From positions 1 to 64,000 of the forward strand of contig JBDKRC010000235.1 in NCBI GenBank assembly GCA_039683575.1: a DNA stretch of 64,000 bases. The letters run 5' to 3'. The notes under the pieces were generated by a model that saw only the letters and a program-made list of their open reading frames with translations, had not been told where the DNA came from and made no database searches. A program made the translations under genes and the position numbers. This document shows positions 19,710 to 28,436 of the stretch, piece after piece. Source of the DNA: Armatimonadia bacterium (GTDB lineage Bacteria; Armatimonadota; Zipacnadia; Zipacnadales; UBA11051). Position 1 is the first letter of the stretch; the number at the start of each line of letters is the position of its first letter.

Positions 19710-20833
19710 TATGAGCCATTTCCTGCGCCGAAGTAGCGATCAAGCAACGCCAAGGCGTCGAATTCGCGACGGCGGTAGATCTGCTTCAGGCCTGCCGTCT
19801 CATCAACAGAGACTGCGCCGTCGGTCAGTTCCTCGAGCTCCTCTACGTACTCGATGAGGCTGTTCTCATCCAGCTTGAAGGCCTGACCGGGACTTCCTTT
19901 TCCGTACAGGCACTGCTGGATGCCCAGTGTGCTCTGGGTCTCGCGAGTACGACTGAAGTGCTGGTCAAGGGCAAACGCAAACACGGGCGCCGGCAGCGAC
20001 GGCTTCGGGCCGATGCCAAAGGCGTACAGGTCTCCGTCAGCAGATGGCTGGATCAGCCGGAGGGATAGCAGGGGACAGTCGAAGCTCTCCTCGGGCAGCG
20101 CTTCTCCGATCTCGGCGCGCGGGGCCGCATAGGTGCGAAGAAAGCAGTCGAAGTCGCGGGACAAGGACGAGCGCGCAACCTTCAGCGCCCCCTTCTCTGC
20201 AACAGAGGCCAGATGGTCTACAGCTTCACGCCGGGTGAAATCGGGACGATGGTAGTGACAGAAGAGCAGCTGCCACGTGGTGCAGACACTTGGGTTTGAG
20301 ACCAGCATCCAGTGGATGAGCCAGAGGGAGGCGTCGTCCTCAAGGAATGGGTCCCAGCCTTCTGGCAACAGCAGAAGGCGCGCCATAGGTGTGGGCTGCA
20401 GTGGCTGCGCTTTGCCTCGCGGCGCACCCGGCACCGGTTCTATGAGCTGCGTCACTGTGCACCAATGTCTTATGCTCTGCACCATATTCTTGCCCACCCC
20501 CAGGTGAACGAGCGCATCCTCATCGGAGAAGATGGTTGCCCGCTGCTCGACGCCCCTTACCCCCTTCTCAAGCCAACCATAGCGGAAAGCAAAGGTCTGG
20601 TGGCCGGAGAAACGATAGGACACCTTGCCCTGCGTGGTCTCATTACTATCGGCAATGATCATCTCGTCAGCTCCGGGACGGGGCTTGCCTGCCGCAGCAG
20701 CTAGGGGGAGGTAGACGGTCGTGCAGAGACCGACGGGGAAGAACGGTGTATCCCCCTCGTAGACCGCAACCTCGGCTGAAGAAGGCGCAATGGCTGTTTC
20801 GACGGCTGTCGAGCCCGGACCTTCCTCTCCCAT
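19709..20833 (-). CDS. sspB: DUF4007 family protein (SspB-like); true start may be ATG 20662
   Basis: FSGHQTFAFRYGWLEKG, LGVGKNMVQSIRHW, WDPFLEDDASLWLIHW, DCPLLSLRLI. Confidence 0.88.
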   Translation of the reverse strand: MGEEGPGSTAVETAIAPSSAEVAVYEGDTPFFPVGLCTTVYLPLAAAAGKPRPGADEMIIADSNETTQGKVSYRFSGHQTFAFRYGWLEKGVRGVEQRATIFSDEDALVHLGVGKNMVQSIRHWCTVTQLIEPVPGAPRGKAQPLQPTPMARLLLLPEGWDPFLEDDASLWLIHWMLVSNPSVCTTWQLLFCHYHRPDFTRREAVDHLASVAEKGALKVARSSLSRDFDCFLRTYAAPRAEIGEALPEESFDCPLLSLRLIQPSADGDLYAFGIGPKPSLPAPVFAFALDQHFSRTRETQSTLGIQQCLYGKGSPGQAFKLDENSLIEYVEELEELTDGAVSVDETAGLKQIYRRREFDALALLDRYFGAGNGS

Positions 20834-21740
20834 GCACTCCAGGTAGCGTCACGCGCCACATACTCGCTCAGCAATCTGGGACAGCTTCCTCCGTCCGCGT
20901 CAGAGCTCGGGAACGCGCGAACTCAGCAGAGTCACAATGGATGGTGTCCGGCTCCTCATACAACTCACGCGCTACGCGTAAGCAGTGAGGCTCACAAGCC
21001 CACGCCGCCGCCGAGCCGGAACACCTCATCGTCCACCGTGGCGGTCTCACGGCACTCGCCAGATCGTGCTATCGGTGTCTCGCCCTCGGCTTGGGTGACT
21101 GGGCCGGCGGGCAGCGCAGGGCCGACCGAGCCGCAAGAGCCCAAGATGGGCACTACCGCCCCGTGACGAGGAATTCTGGCCTGTCTGGGGTCGAGGCCAT
21201 CCCGAGGATCCACGGCCACCCTCGGCTTCCCAAGTTACCCAACCCGAGGATTCTCGGCTTCCCTCGGCTTGGCCCGCACTCCCCCAGGCGCCCCACTAGA
21301 ACGCCTGGCCCAGGCCGCACACATGGGCGGAACGGGGGCCCCGGACCGGCGGCCCAGGGAGCCCGATCCCCGAGAAATCCAAGGTCAACCGATGCTCCTC
21401 CTGGGCCAGCCCGAACACACCCTCCATCAGAATCACCACTCAACGTCCCTACCGGCGTCCGGAACGGGGCCCCAAGGCCTGGTCCCCCGGGGGCCTGATC
21501 CTGCAGGGCATGCCACACACAGCAGCGGCCGGATTCCGTCAAGACATACTTCCGCCGGCCACGCAAGCGGTTGCGTCGGGTCCTCTTTGGCCTCCTATCC
21601 CCCCGGGGGTCTCGGCGGCGGGGGGAGGTGGAGTCCCGATGGGACCCACACCGTCAGAACCTCGAGACGAAGGGGTGAGCCAGCCCCATTCGTCGCAGTG
21701 TGACGACGGCGGAGAGGCCCCGAAGTGCCATCCGACCGAT

Positions 21741-21775
21741 CCCCCTTGGCCGCCGGCGTCGTGAACCCACCCGTG
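21741..21775 (+). repeat. Conserved intergenic motif, copy 1
   Basis: CCCCC TTGGCC GCCGGCGTC GTGAACCCACCCGTG; ATG follows at 21779. Confidence 0.85.
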
Positions 21776-21778
21776 GAT

Positions 21779-22252
21779 ATGACAACCACGCACCCCCCAA
21801 TCACCAAGACCGGATGCACCGCCTGTGGGCACCGCGAAAAGCCATCGGCCATCTCCGACAATATGGCCAGGTTCACGAACAGGGACGGCCGCACGGACCG
21901 CTGCCTGCGCCGGTGCGGCATCGAGGTGCCCTTGGGCACCAAGGTGCTGCTGTGCCGCCAGCATGCTGTCACGCTGGAGCAGGAGCTGACGACGGAGTAC
22001 GGCTCTGCGTGCCCTTATGTCCGCCCGCTGCCGCACAGCGAGGTTGTGGTCGGGTTGGATACCCGACCCAGCATGGCGGAACTGACCACCTGGACCGGTG
22101 ACCCGTTCCTACCGACGGCAACCCTCGGGCCGGAGTACCAGCTCTTCGGCAGACACCGTGCGCGGCGGGTGTCGGTGGAGTTCGAGGGTCGAGAGTTCAG
22201 TGGCGTGTGGCTGCCGGACTGTCAGGACCTCGTCCGGCTCCGGGCGGGGTGA
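21779..22252 (+). CDS. Hypothetical Cys-rich protein
   Basis: CTACG and CLRRCG motifs; ATG directly after motif copy 1 with no RBS (possibly leaderless). Confidence 0.55.
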   Translation: MTTTHPPITKTGCTACGHREKPSAISDNMARFTNRDGRTDRCLRRCGIEVPLGTKVLLCRQHAVTLEQELTTEYGSACPYVRPLPHSEVVVGLDTRPSMAELTTWTGDPFLPTATLGPEYQLFGRHRARRVSVEFEGREFSGVWLPDCQDLVRLRAG

Positions 22253-22260
22253 CACCGATC

Positions 22261-22292
22261 CGCCTTGCCCGACGACACCCGTGAACCCACCC
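22261..22292 (+). repeat. Conserved intergenic motif, copy 2
   Basis: CGCC TTGCCC GACGACACCC GTGAACCCACCC. Confidence 0.85.
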
Positions 22293-22312
22293 ACAGGATG
22301 GAGGTAACGACC

Positions 22313-22624
22313 GTGCATGACGATACCCAGACGCCGACCGTCTTCAGGACATACCCGGATGGTGAGGTGGCGGCCCTCTTCCCGACGATCCCGGCAGACC
22401 CGAATGGCAACTGCTCGTCATACGTCCATGTCGGGCAGCACGGGGCCGCCGACCCGCACCACCTGATCTCCCGCACCCGCCCGGCGACGCCGGACGAGTA
22501 TGCGGAACTCACTGCAGAGTTGGAGGCCATCGGGTACGCCGTCCGGCCCGTCAGGAGGATGACCCACCGAATGGTCGAGGAGCGGCGGGTGACTACCGAG
22601 CCCCCTTGCCCACGCGGGTCGTGA
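22313..22624 (+). CDS. Small phage/plasmid-type hypothetical protein
   Basis: GGAGGT RBS plus GTG 22313; VFRTYPDGEVAALFP...SYVHVGQHGAAD...RPATPDEYAEL..ELEAIGY, a pattern I recognise from mobile-element hypotheticals. Its stop codon falls inside motif copy 3. Confidence 0.65.
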   Translation: MHDDTQTPTVFRTYPDGEVAALFPTIPADPNGNCSSYVHVGQHGAADPHHLISRTRPATPDEYAELTAELEAIGYAVRPVRRMTHRMVEERRVTTEPPCPRGS

Positions 22625-22635
22625 ACCCACCCGTG
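22601..22635 (+). repeat. Conserved intergenic motif, copy 3
   Basis: CCCCC TTGCCC ACGCGGGTC GTGAACCCACCCGTG. Confidence 0.9.
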
Positions 22636-22653
22636 TTCCGGAGGTGATGACGG

Positions 22654-23049
22654 ATGAGCCGGCCACTGCTGGATGACGAGATGAAGGCCAGGCTGCCCGA
22701 GCTGTACTCGCAGGAGGACTTGACAGACCCGATCGTGCAGGTGCTGCTGCTCGGGGCCACCGGATGGGTGTGGGCCATCACCGAGTACTCCGATGTAGCA
22801 CCTGATGGGTGCGAGCATCTTGCGTTCGGGTGGGTGTGCGGCGACTACCCCGAACTGGGCTACGTCCCGATGGACGAGCTCGACGAGTTGAACGCCGACT
22901 GCCTGGAGGGGTTTGGGTACGTCTGGGTCGACACGACCTTCACCCCCCGCCCCCTCTCCCAAGTACGGGCCGAGGCAGAGGACATCCGCCGACGCCTGCG
23001 GGAGGAGTTGGAGGCCGGGGAGCATCAGGTCATCAGGGTTCGGGGCTGA
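22654..23049 (+). CDS. DUF2958-like protein
   Basis: LPELYSQE..DPIV...W.WAITE...AFGWV.GDYPELGYVPMDEL; GGAGGTG RBS. Confidence 0.7.
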   Translation: MSRPLLDDEMKARLPELYSQEDLTDPIVQVLLLGATGWVWAITEYSDVAPDGCEHLAFGWVCGDYPELGYVPMDELDELNADCLEGFGYVWVDTTFTPRPLSQVRAEAEDIRRRLREELEAGEHQVIRVRG

Positions 23050-23102
23050 CGCCGGAGGGTAGGGCCCATCGAGCCGATCAGCCCGAGAACCGAACGGAGG
23101 TG

Positions 23103-23564
23103 ATGAAGATGCTGAGCGCCGCCACTTTCGGGTCGTTGCTGGAGAGGGGCGATGTCCTCGTGAAGGACGGCGATGCCTACCGTCCCCTGGCCGCCAATGA
23201 CGCACATCGCCGGATGTACGTGCGCCTGTCGGATGGCACCCACGTGATGCTGGCGTTCACCGGCGGCGGCACCGACGGGCCCGGCGCCGCCCCGCAGCGG
23301 GTGAGGATCGACATCGGTGGCTCCGTGGCCGACGCCGTCAGGGACGCTAACGTGGCTGCGGCGCCGTACACGAGCGTGGTCGGCTCCTGTCTGAAGGCCT
23401 ACGTGCTGTTCCTGGTCGGGGTGGCGGTCGTGGGCATGGCGGCGGTGGCGCTGTTCGGTGACTACGGCCAGCCGGGGCTGCTCGCGAGGTACCCCTTCCA
23501 GTCAGCCGTGATTGCCGCCATCGTGATCTGGATCGTCATCGCCCGGAGGCGGCGACGTCGGTGA
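23103..23564 (+). CDS. Small membrane protein
   Basis: GGAGGTG RBS; two C-terminal hydrophobic helices ending in RRRRRR. Confidence 0.55.
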   Translation: MKMLSAATFGSLLERGDVLVKDGDAYRPLAANDAHRRMYVRLSDGTHVMLAFTGGGTDGPGAAPQRVRIDIGGSVADAVRDANVAAAPYTSVVGSCLKAYVLFLVGVAVVGMAAVALFGDYGQPGLLARYPFQSAVIAAIVIWIVIARRRRRR

Positions 23565-23580
23565 CGGTCCCCCGCGGTCC

Positions 23581-23611
23581 CACTTTGCCGGACGGGGGAC
23601 GTGAACCCACC
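23581..23611 (+). repeat. Conserved intergenic motif, copy 4
   Basis: CACT TTGCCG GACGGGGGAC GTGAACCCACC. Confidence 0.75.
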
Positions 23612-23642
23612 GGCTCAACACCACGCCGGAAGGCGTCGAACG

Positions 23643-23954
23643 ATGACCACCTACTGCGACGCAGAGGGCTGCGAGAACGAGGCCACCGAGGTCGTCCCGG
23701 TCTCCGTCGGCGAGAATGCCGTCGAACATCGCCGCTACTGCTACCCCTGCTCCGCGGCGTGCCACACGGGGGCACAGCACGCGCGCTTCCGGGCGATCCG
23801 GCGACTGACGGCCCATATGGATTCGCTCAAGAAGCAAGGGTTCGTCACCGAGGCGGGCGTCATCTTCATGGCGCTCCAGAAGCTCGATACTGCGACCGAC
23901 CCCGGCGAGGAGGGGGTGGGGCCGCCGCCCCTCGATGGTCCGGGAGATCAGTAG
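23643..23954 (+). CDS. Hypothetical zinc-finger-like protein
   Basis: MTTYCDAEGCENEA...YCYPC; flanked by motif copies 4 and 5. Confidence 0.55.
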   Translation: MTTYCDAEGCENEATEVVPVSVGENAVEHRRYCYPCSAACHTGAQHARFRAIRRLTAHMDSLKKQGFVTEAGVIFMALQKLDTATDPGEEGVGPPPLDGPGDQ

Positions 23955-23958
23955 CCGA

Positions 23959-23994
23959 CCCCCCTTGCCCACGGGTGGGGTGAGCCCACCCGTG
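23959..23994 (+). repeat. Conserved intergenic motif, copy 5 (perfect hairpin)
   Basis: CCCC TTGCC CACGGGTGGG GTGAG CCCACCCGTG: perfect 10-bp stem with a 5-nt loop. Confidence 0.9.
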
Positions 23995-24011
23995 AGCAGG
24001 AGGTGATCAGG

Positions 24012-24971
24012 ATGCACGAGCGTGTGACACTGACGGACCGTGACAGCCGTGCCCGGCTCATGCGGCAACACGTCGAGGCCGTGGCCCGCTCGATCGTCGA
24101 GGACCACGATGGCGACGAGGTGTTCGCCCGCTACCTCAGCCTGACGAAGCACGTCCACCACTACAGCAGCGGCAATCGGATGTTGATTGCCTGGCAGGCA
24201 CCGGACAGCCGCTTGGTCGCATCGAGGTCGGCGTTCGACGCCGTCGCCAAGGGGCAGGGGCACGAGGGCCGTCAGTTCTCGAGTCGCAGGGGCAGACGCT
24301 GGACGCAGCACGTCACCATCGCCGCCGGGTCGAGGGCCATCTGGGTGTGGGGACCGACGAGGCGGAGCCGCTCCGTCGTGACCACCGACACCGAGACGGG
24401 CGAGGAGACACGGGAGGTCATCCCATTCACCGGCTTCATCCCCGTCGATCTTTGGGCCATCGAGGATGTCCGCTATGCCGACGATGGCGAGCCAATGGAG
24501 CCGCCGGACTTCGTACAACCCATAGAGGACGAGGCGCTGTACCACTCGCTGCTCGCGTTTGCCGAGGACAAGGACATCGAAGTGTGCGAACGGGGCCTCA
24601 ACGGGGCCCGTGGCGTCTCGATGGTGGGCCGGATCGGCCTGCAGGCGGGCGACCATTGGTCCCTGCGAATCGGGCCGCTGATCCACGAATTGGGCCACGA
24701 GTTGATGCACGACGTCCACGCGCGGCTGACCGAGCCGAACTACCTGCACGAGCACGAGGCGGAGGCGGTGGCGACGGTGGTGCTGGGCTACCTCGGACAC
24801 CCCACGGCGATCTCTGCCAGTTACCTTAGGAACTGGGGTGCGTCCCCCAGGAACGTTGTCGCCTCGATGGATCGGATCGCCTCCTGTGCGGGAGAGATCG
24901 TGGAGTTCATCGAGCGACGGACCGAGGTGTCGGTCGAGGTCGCACGGGCGACCTCACTGGCGGTGGCCTGA
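24012..24971 (+). CDS. ArdC-like protein (ssDNA-binding N-domain plus zincin metallopeptidase-like domain)
   Basis: HHYSSGNRMLIAWQAP..RLVAS; HELGHELMH...EAEAVATVV...SASYLRNW; AGGAGGTG RBS. Confidence 0.75.
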   Translation: MHERVTLTDRDSRARLMRQHVEAVARSIVEDHDGDEVFARYLSLTKHVHHYSSGNRMLIAWQAPDSRLVASRSAFDAVAKGQGHEGRQFSSRRGRRWTQHVTIAAGSRAIWVWGPTRRSRSVVTTDTETGEETREVIPFTGFIPVDLWAIEDVRYADDGEPMEPPDFVQPIEDEALYHSLLAFAEDKDIEVCERGLNGARGVSMVGRIGLQAGDHWSLRIGPLIHELGHELMHDVHARLTEPNYLHEHEAEAVATVVLGYLGHPTAISASYLRNWGASPRNVVASMDRIASCAGEIVEFIERRTEVSVEVARATSLAVA

Positions 24972-24989
24972 GCGGTGGCGAGGTGGGCG

Positions 24990-25337
24990 CTACTCCCTCC
25001 CACCCGCCGCCTGCAGCATCCGCCGCAGTTCGGCTGCGATCGCCTGACGCACGTCATCGTCGGGCAGCAGGCCTCCACTGTACAGTGCCGCCGGCGGCAG
25101 CAATCCGACGGCCACGTACACTGGCAGACCGTGAGCCGTATCCCACAGTGGCCAGATCATCTCGCCCTCGACGAAGCTCGTGACTGGTTGGCCCCACAGC
25201 TTACGTGCCGCCCGTGCTACCAGTCCCTCATCCAGCCCCAGCCGCACCTGTATCCAGTGGTCCGTGGGGTTCGCCCCCCGCTCCGCCCGGACCTCATCGG
25301 GTGTCGCCGGTCTCAGTTCGATACCTCGCTCACTCAT
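24990..25337 (-). CDS. Hypothetical protein (inverted relative to the array)
   Basis: GAGGAGG RBS 7 nt before ATG; converges on the ArdC-like gene. Confidence 0.55.
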   Translation of the reverse strand: MSERGIELRPATPDEVRAERGANPTDHWIQVRLGLDEGLVARAARKLWGQPVTSFVEGEMIWPLWDTAHGLPVYVAVGLLPPAALYSGGLLPDDDVRQAIAAELRRMLQAAGGRE

Positions 25338-25412
25338 GTCATGGCCTCCTCTGGTCAGTCGTATGCACCCTTATACCGATTGCCCCACCCATCGACCTAC
25401 AACCGACCGAGT

Positions 25413-25446
25413 CCCCTTGTCCACGGGCGGCGTGAGCCCACCCCTG
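25413..25446 (+). repeat. Conserved intergenic motif, copy 6
   Basis: CCCC TTGTCC ACGGGCGGC GTGAGCCCACCCCTG. Confidence 0.85.
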
Positions 25447-25473
25447 GGCATCACCCTGACGGGGAGGACGGAC

Positions 25474-25734
25474 ATGAGACGCATCCTGATCGTCTGGCAC
25501 GATCTCGACCACAGCCGCACCGCACATGAGTTCGCCACCGCCGAGGAGGCCGAGGCCTGGCTCAGGGACGTGCTGCAGGAGTACTGCCCGCACGAGGAGC
25601 TGGAACGGGGCGGCTACACGCCCGACGGGATCGGTATGTTGGGGCTGTATCAGGGGGAGGGTCTCGACGACGTCGGCTCGCTCGATGTCTACATCGACGG
25701 CATCGGCGTCGGACCGGAGGCCCTCCGTGAGTGA
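25474..25734 (+). CDS. Hypothetical protein
   Basis: GGAGG RBS, MRRILIVWHD...; first of three overlapping ORFs. Confidence 0.55.
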   Translation: MRRILIVWHDLDHSRTAHEFATAEEAEAWLRDVLQEYCPHEELERGGYTPDGIGMLGLYQGEGLDDVGSLDVYIDGIGVGPEALRE

Positions 25735-26188
25735 GCATCGACGGCTCCTGTTGGGCCCTTGGCCGCCCGAGAACTGGCGGCGGGACGATCGCATCCCGCT
25801 CATGTCCCTCCGCAAGGATCTGCTGTACTGCTTGTTGTCGCGGTGTGGCGAGGTCCTGCCTTGGGAACTGCCGGCGATGACGCCGACAGAGGTGCTGTGC
25901 CGGCTGAACGCGGCGGGACCTCCGCTCGACGACCGGGCCATCCCCGTGATCGAGGGGGTCCTCGAGGCAATGTACCGCGACGGGATCGTGGGACGCATCC
26001 CGCCACCAAGGGTCGGCGAGGCCGCATCCTACGTGGCCCGTGACGCCGCTGAGATGGACCTGCCACGGGGCAAACCGGTGATGCTCCTGCACATGAGGGA
26101 TGGCGTGGAGCGGTCACTGGCTCTGGGGGCCGTCGGCGTCGCGGTGGACGAACTGGCCGATGAACCGACGGCACCACACGGAAGGTGA
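25727..26188 (+). CDS. Hypothetical protein
   Basis: GTG overlaps the upstream stop; GGAGG upstream. Confidence 0.5.
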   Translation: MSEHRRLLLGPWPPENWRRDDRIPLMSLRKDLLYCLLSRCGEVLPWELPAMTPTEVLCRLNAAGPPLDDRAIPVIEGVLEAMYRDGIVGRIPPPRVGEAASYVARDAAEMDLPRGKPVMLLHMRDGVERSLALGAVGVAVDELADEPTAPHGR

Positions 26189-26481
26189 GCGGGATGCCCA
26201 CGGTCATAGGGCACACGCCGGACGGACGGGAGATCATCCGCCACGACCCCTCTGAGGGCTGCCGCTACCGCTGCCTGACCTGCGGCAACTGGCTGGCGCG
26301 GCGCCGCGAGGTCAGGGGGCACTGGGCCCTGTACTCGGACGGGCACAGCGTGTACGCGGACCGCGCGGGACGGACGTACCATCAGACGGTGGAGGGGCTG
26401 CATCGGAGGGACTGGCCGACTGGCAGTGCCGACCAGGCCGACGGGACGGAGGCCGATGCTCCCGGTGCCACCGGCGGATAG
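26185..26481 (+). CDS. Hypothetical protein (CLTCG zinc-ribbon-like)
   Basis: GTGA overlap with the previous stop; ends just before motif copy 7. Confidence 0.5.
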   Translation: MSGMPTVIGHTPDGREIIRHDPSEGCRYRCLTCGNWLARRREVRGHWALYSDGHSVYADRAGRTYHQTVEGLHRRDWPTGSADQADGTEADAPGATGG

Positions 26482-26502
26482 GGGTGGGCTGGTAAGGACC
26501 GG

Positions 26503-26538
26503 CCCCCCTTGCCCACGAACGGCGTGAGCCCACCCGTG
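26503..26538 (+). repeat. Conserved intergenic motif, copy 7
   Basis: CCCCCC TTGCCC ACGAACGGC GTGAGCCCACCCGTG. Confidence 0.9.
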
Positions 26539-26563
26539 GTCATCACACCCGAGGAGGCGGGGC

Positions 26564-27046
26564 ATGTCCAGATCGTTCAAGCAGAGGTTCCGTAGGGACG
26601 TATCCGACCTGCTGGCGTCCATCTCGGTGGACCCGGAGCCGCGCCGCACCCTCGTCAGCTGGCCGCTGTTCGACGCCCTCGTCGAGATCGAGGCGGAGGT
26701 CAACAGCCCCCGCACGAACTGGCACCTGGTGGCGGCCCTGACTGGGGCGAAGAGCTACATCGTGACCGTCCCGTATGGCCGCTCCTGCGATGACCCCTTC
26801 TGGGCGGAGGAGCGGGCGGACGATGAACCCTCCATCTACGGGATTCTCGATGGCCTGCACTTCCGTGCGGCTATGCGGGTGGGCGTTCTGGCCTCCGGCC
26901 TCTCGGTGTTCGGCGGCACCGCCGACGGCGTGGAGATCCGGCACGGGGAGGTCGACACGCAGGCGTCACCCGGCAGCCCGACCCTGCGGCTGATCGCGGC
27001 GGAGCGTGCCCGGATCGAGGCGGACCCCGCGGACGACGGGGGATGA
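26564..27046 (+). CDS. Hypothetical protein
   Basis: GAGGAGG RBS after motif copy 7. Confidence 0.6.
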   Translation: MSRSFKQRFRRDVSDLLASISVDPEPRRTLVSWPLFDALVEIEAEVNSPRTNWHLVAALTGAKSYIVTVPYGRSCDDPFWAEERADDEPSIYGILDGLHFRAAMRVGVLASGLSVFGGTADGVEIRHGEVDTQASPGSPTLRLIAAERARIEADPADDGG

Positions 27047-27094
27047 ACCGGACCAGATGGACGGTGGGCGTAGCACGAACGACAGGAGACATCT

Positions 27095-27712
27095 ATGAGC
27101 GACCACGATGATGTGTATGAACCCGACGCCGACCCGAAGAACCTGTTCGAACGCCACAGGGCCTCCGGCGAACCGCTGAGCCAGGCCGATGTTGCCGCGA
27201 TCATTGCGGCGGGTCTCGCCGGGAAAGACGAGTTCGACATGACGGGCGGTGGATGCTACCTACACGCCCCGACGTTCCCGGACCCCGACGCCGACACCGG
27301 ATCACGGGACCTGCCCCGGCCGCGGGATATGGCCACGGCCGCGGCGTTCCGCGACTGGCTGAGCGGCGAGGTGGACTGGTGGTGCGGGGAAAACGGCCTC
27401 GCCCCCCACGGCGGGGGGGAGAACCTCGGCGACCTGTACCGCGAGTTCGACGTGGCGGATGTGTTCTCAAGGATCGGCGTGACGGCGATTCCCGCCTACG
27501 ACGAGCAGACGCTCTACCTCGTGGGACCGGACGCGGCCTGGATCGCCGCCACGGGGATCGAACTCGGGGGCGAATCGGAGACGCTGTGGCAGGACCCGCT
27601 GGGCAGCCTGCGACTGGACGTACCCGTGAACGAACTCCACACCTACCGCGACCGCCTGCTGCGGCTCGCCGGCGAGATCACCGCCGTCCTGGATCGGGGG
27701 GAGGGACTATGA
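27095..27712 (+). CDS. Acidic hypothetical protein
   Basis: AGGAG RBS; Asp/Glu-rich 205-aa ORF. Confidence 0.6.
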   Translation: MSDHDDVYEPDADPKNLFERHRASGEPLSQADVAAIIAAGLAGKDEFDMTGGGCYLHAPTFPDPDADTGSRDLPRPRDMATAAAFRDWLSGEVDWWCGENGLAPHGGGENLGDLYREFDVADVFSRIGVTAIPAYDEQTLYLVGPDAAWIAATGIELGGESETLWQDPLGSLRLDVPVNELHTYRDRLLRLAGEITAVLDRGEGL

Positions 27713-27912
27713 CCGGTACCGTCCTCGACCTGAACGACTTCGGGTCATTCTGGCTGCTGACAATCGCTGCCGAGCGTCGGATCGTGGAGCAGCCCATCGA
27801 GCCCCGTCATATGCGGCACCTGGTCGAGGGGGAGGGGCTGGAATCACCGTACGACCTTGAGGGACGGGAGGTCCAGGTGAGCGACGACGGCATGGCGATC
27901 CGGCTGATGTGA
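27709..27912 (+). CDS. Small hypothetical protein
   Basis: ATGA overlap, GGAGG RBS, MTGTVLDLNDFGSFWLL... Confidence 0.55.
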   Translation: MTGTVLDLNDFGSFWLLTIAAERRIVEQPIEPRHMRHLVEGEGLESPYDLEGREVQVSDDGMAIRLM

Positions 27913-27926
27913 GATGGGAGGCACAG

Positions 27927-28436
27927 GTGACCACACAGATTACCCAGGAGGAAATGATGCGGACAGCGTCACACCGGCTGGCCCTCGCCATCGGGTTCGA
28001 CCGCCCATTGAGCATCGAGGACGTGGAGGAGATCTGCGACCAGGGCATCGCCGATAGCGGAGACTTTCTCCCCGACCCCGAGGACCCGACGGCACATACC
28101 TACTGCGGCGACCGCTGGGCGGTCGAGTACAGCACCGGGCGGCCACGGCTGGTGGAGGCCATCGAGGTCGGCCCCCACCCCATCGGGCCTGCCACTGCGA
28201 GGGCCGAGCGGGCGTTCGCCCTGATCATCGACATGGTCGATTGCGTCGGCCCGCCGATGACCCAGGACTGCGTAGACCGGATCCGCAGGGAGAGCTGGGG
28301 GGATAGGTTCGGAAGGGCCGCCCAGAGCGATGCCACGGACCAGTTGTTGGACCTGATCTATCGTGACGGGGATGCCCCCGATTCCGAGCGGACCGTTCCC
28401 ACCGAGGAGGTGGATCAGAATGAGGAAGAGCGATGA
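27927..28436 (+). CDS. Acidic hypothetical protein
   Basis: GGAGG RBS plus GTG 27927; same operon as the ClpX-like gene. Confidence 0.5.
   Translation: MTTQITQEEMMRTASHRLALAIGFDRPLSIEDVEEICDQGIADSGDFLPDPEDPTAHTYCGDRWAVEYSTGRPRLVEAIEVGPHPIGPATARAERAFALIIDMVDCVGPPMTQDCVDRIRRESWGDRFGRAAQSDATDQLLDLIYRDGDAPDSERTVPTEEVDQNEEER

Noticed and set aside
1-20833. BREX or classical Dnd assignment
   Set aside because: No PglZ, PglX, BrxL, DndB, DndD or DndE recognisable in the window; cannot be excluded beyond the left edge.
23502-24800. 432-aa minus-strand ORF
   Set aside because: Shadow of the ArdC-like gene and its neighbour, which have RBS or motif support.
21741-26538. Conserved motif array as a CRISPR array
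   Set aside because: Intervals are 0.3-1.5 kb and gene-filled, the repeats are degenerate, and there are no cas genes.
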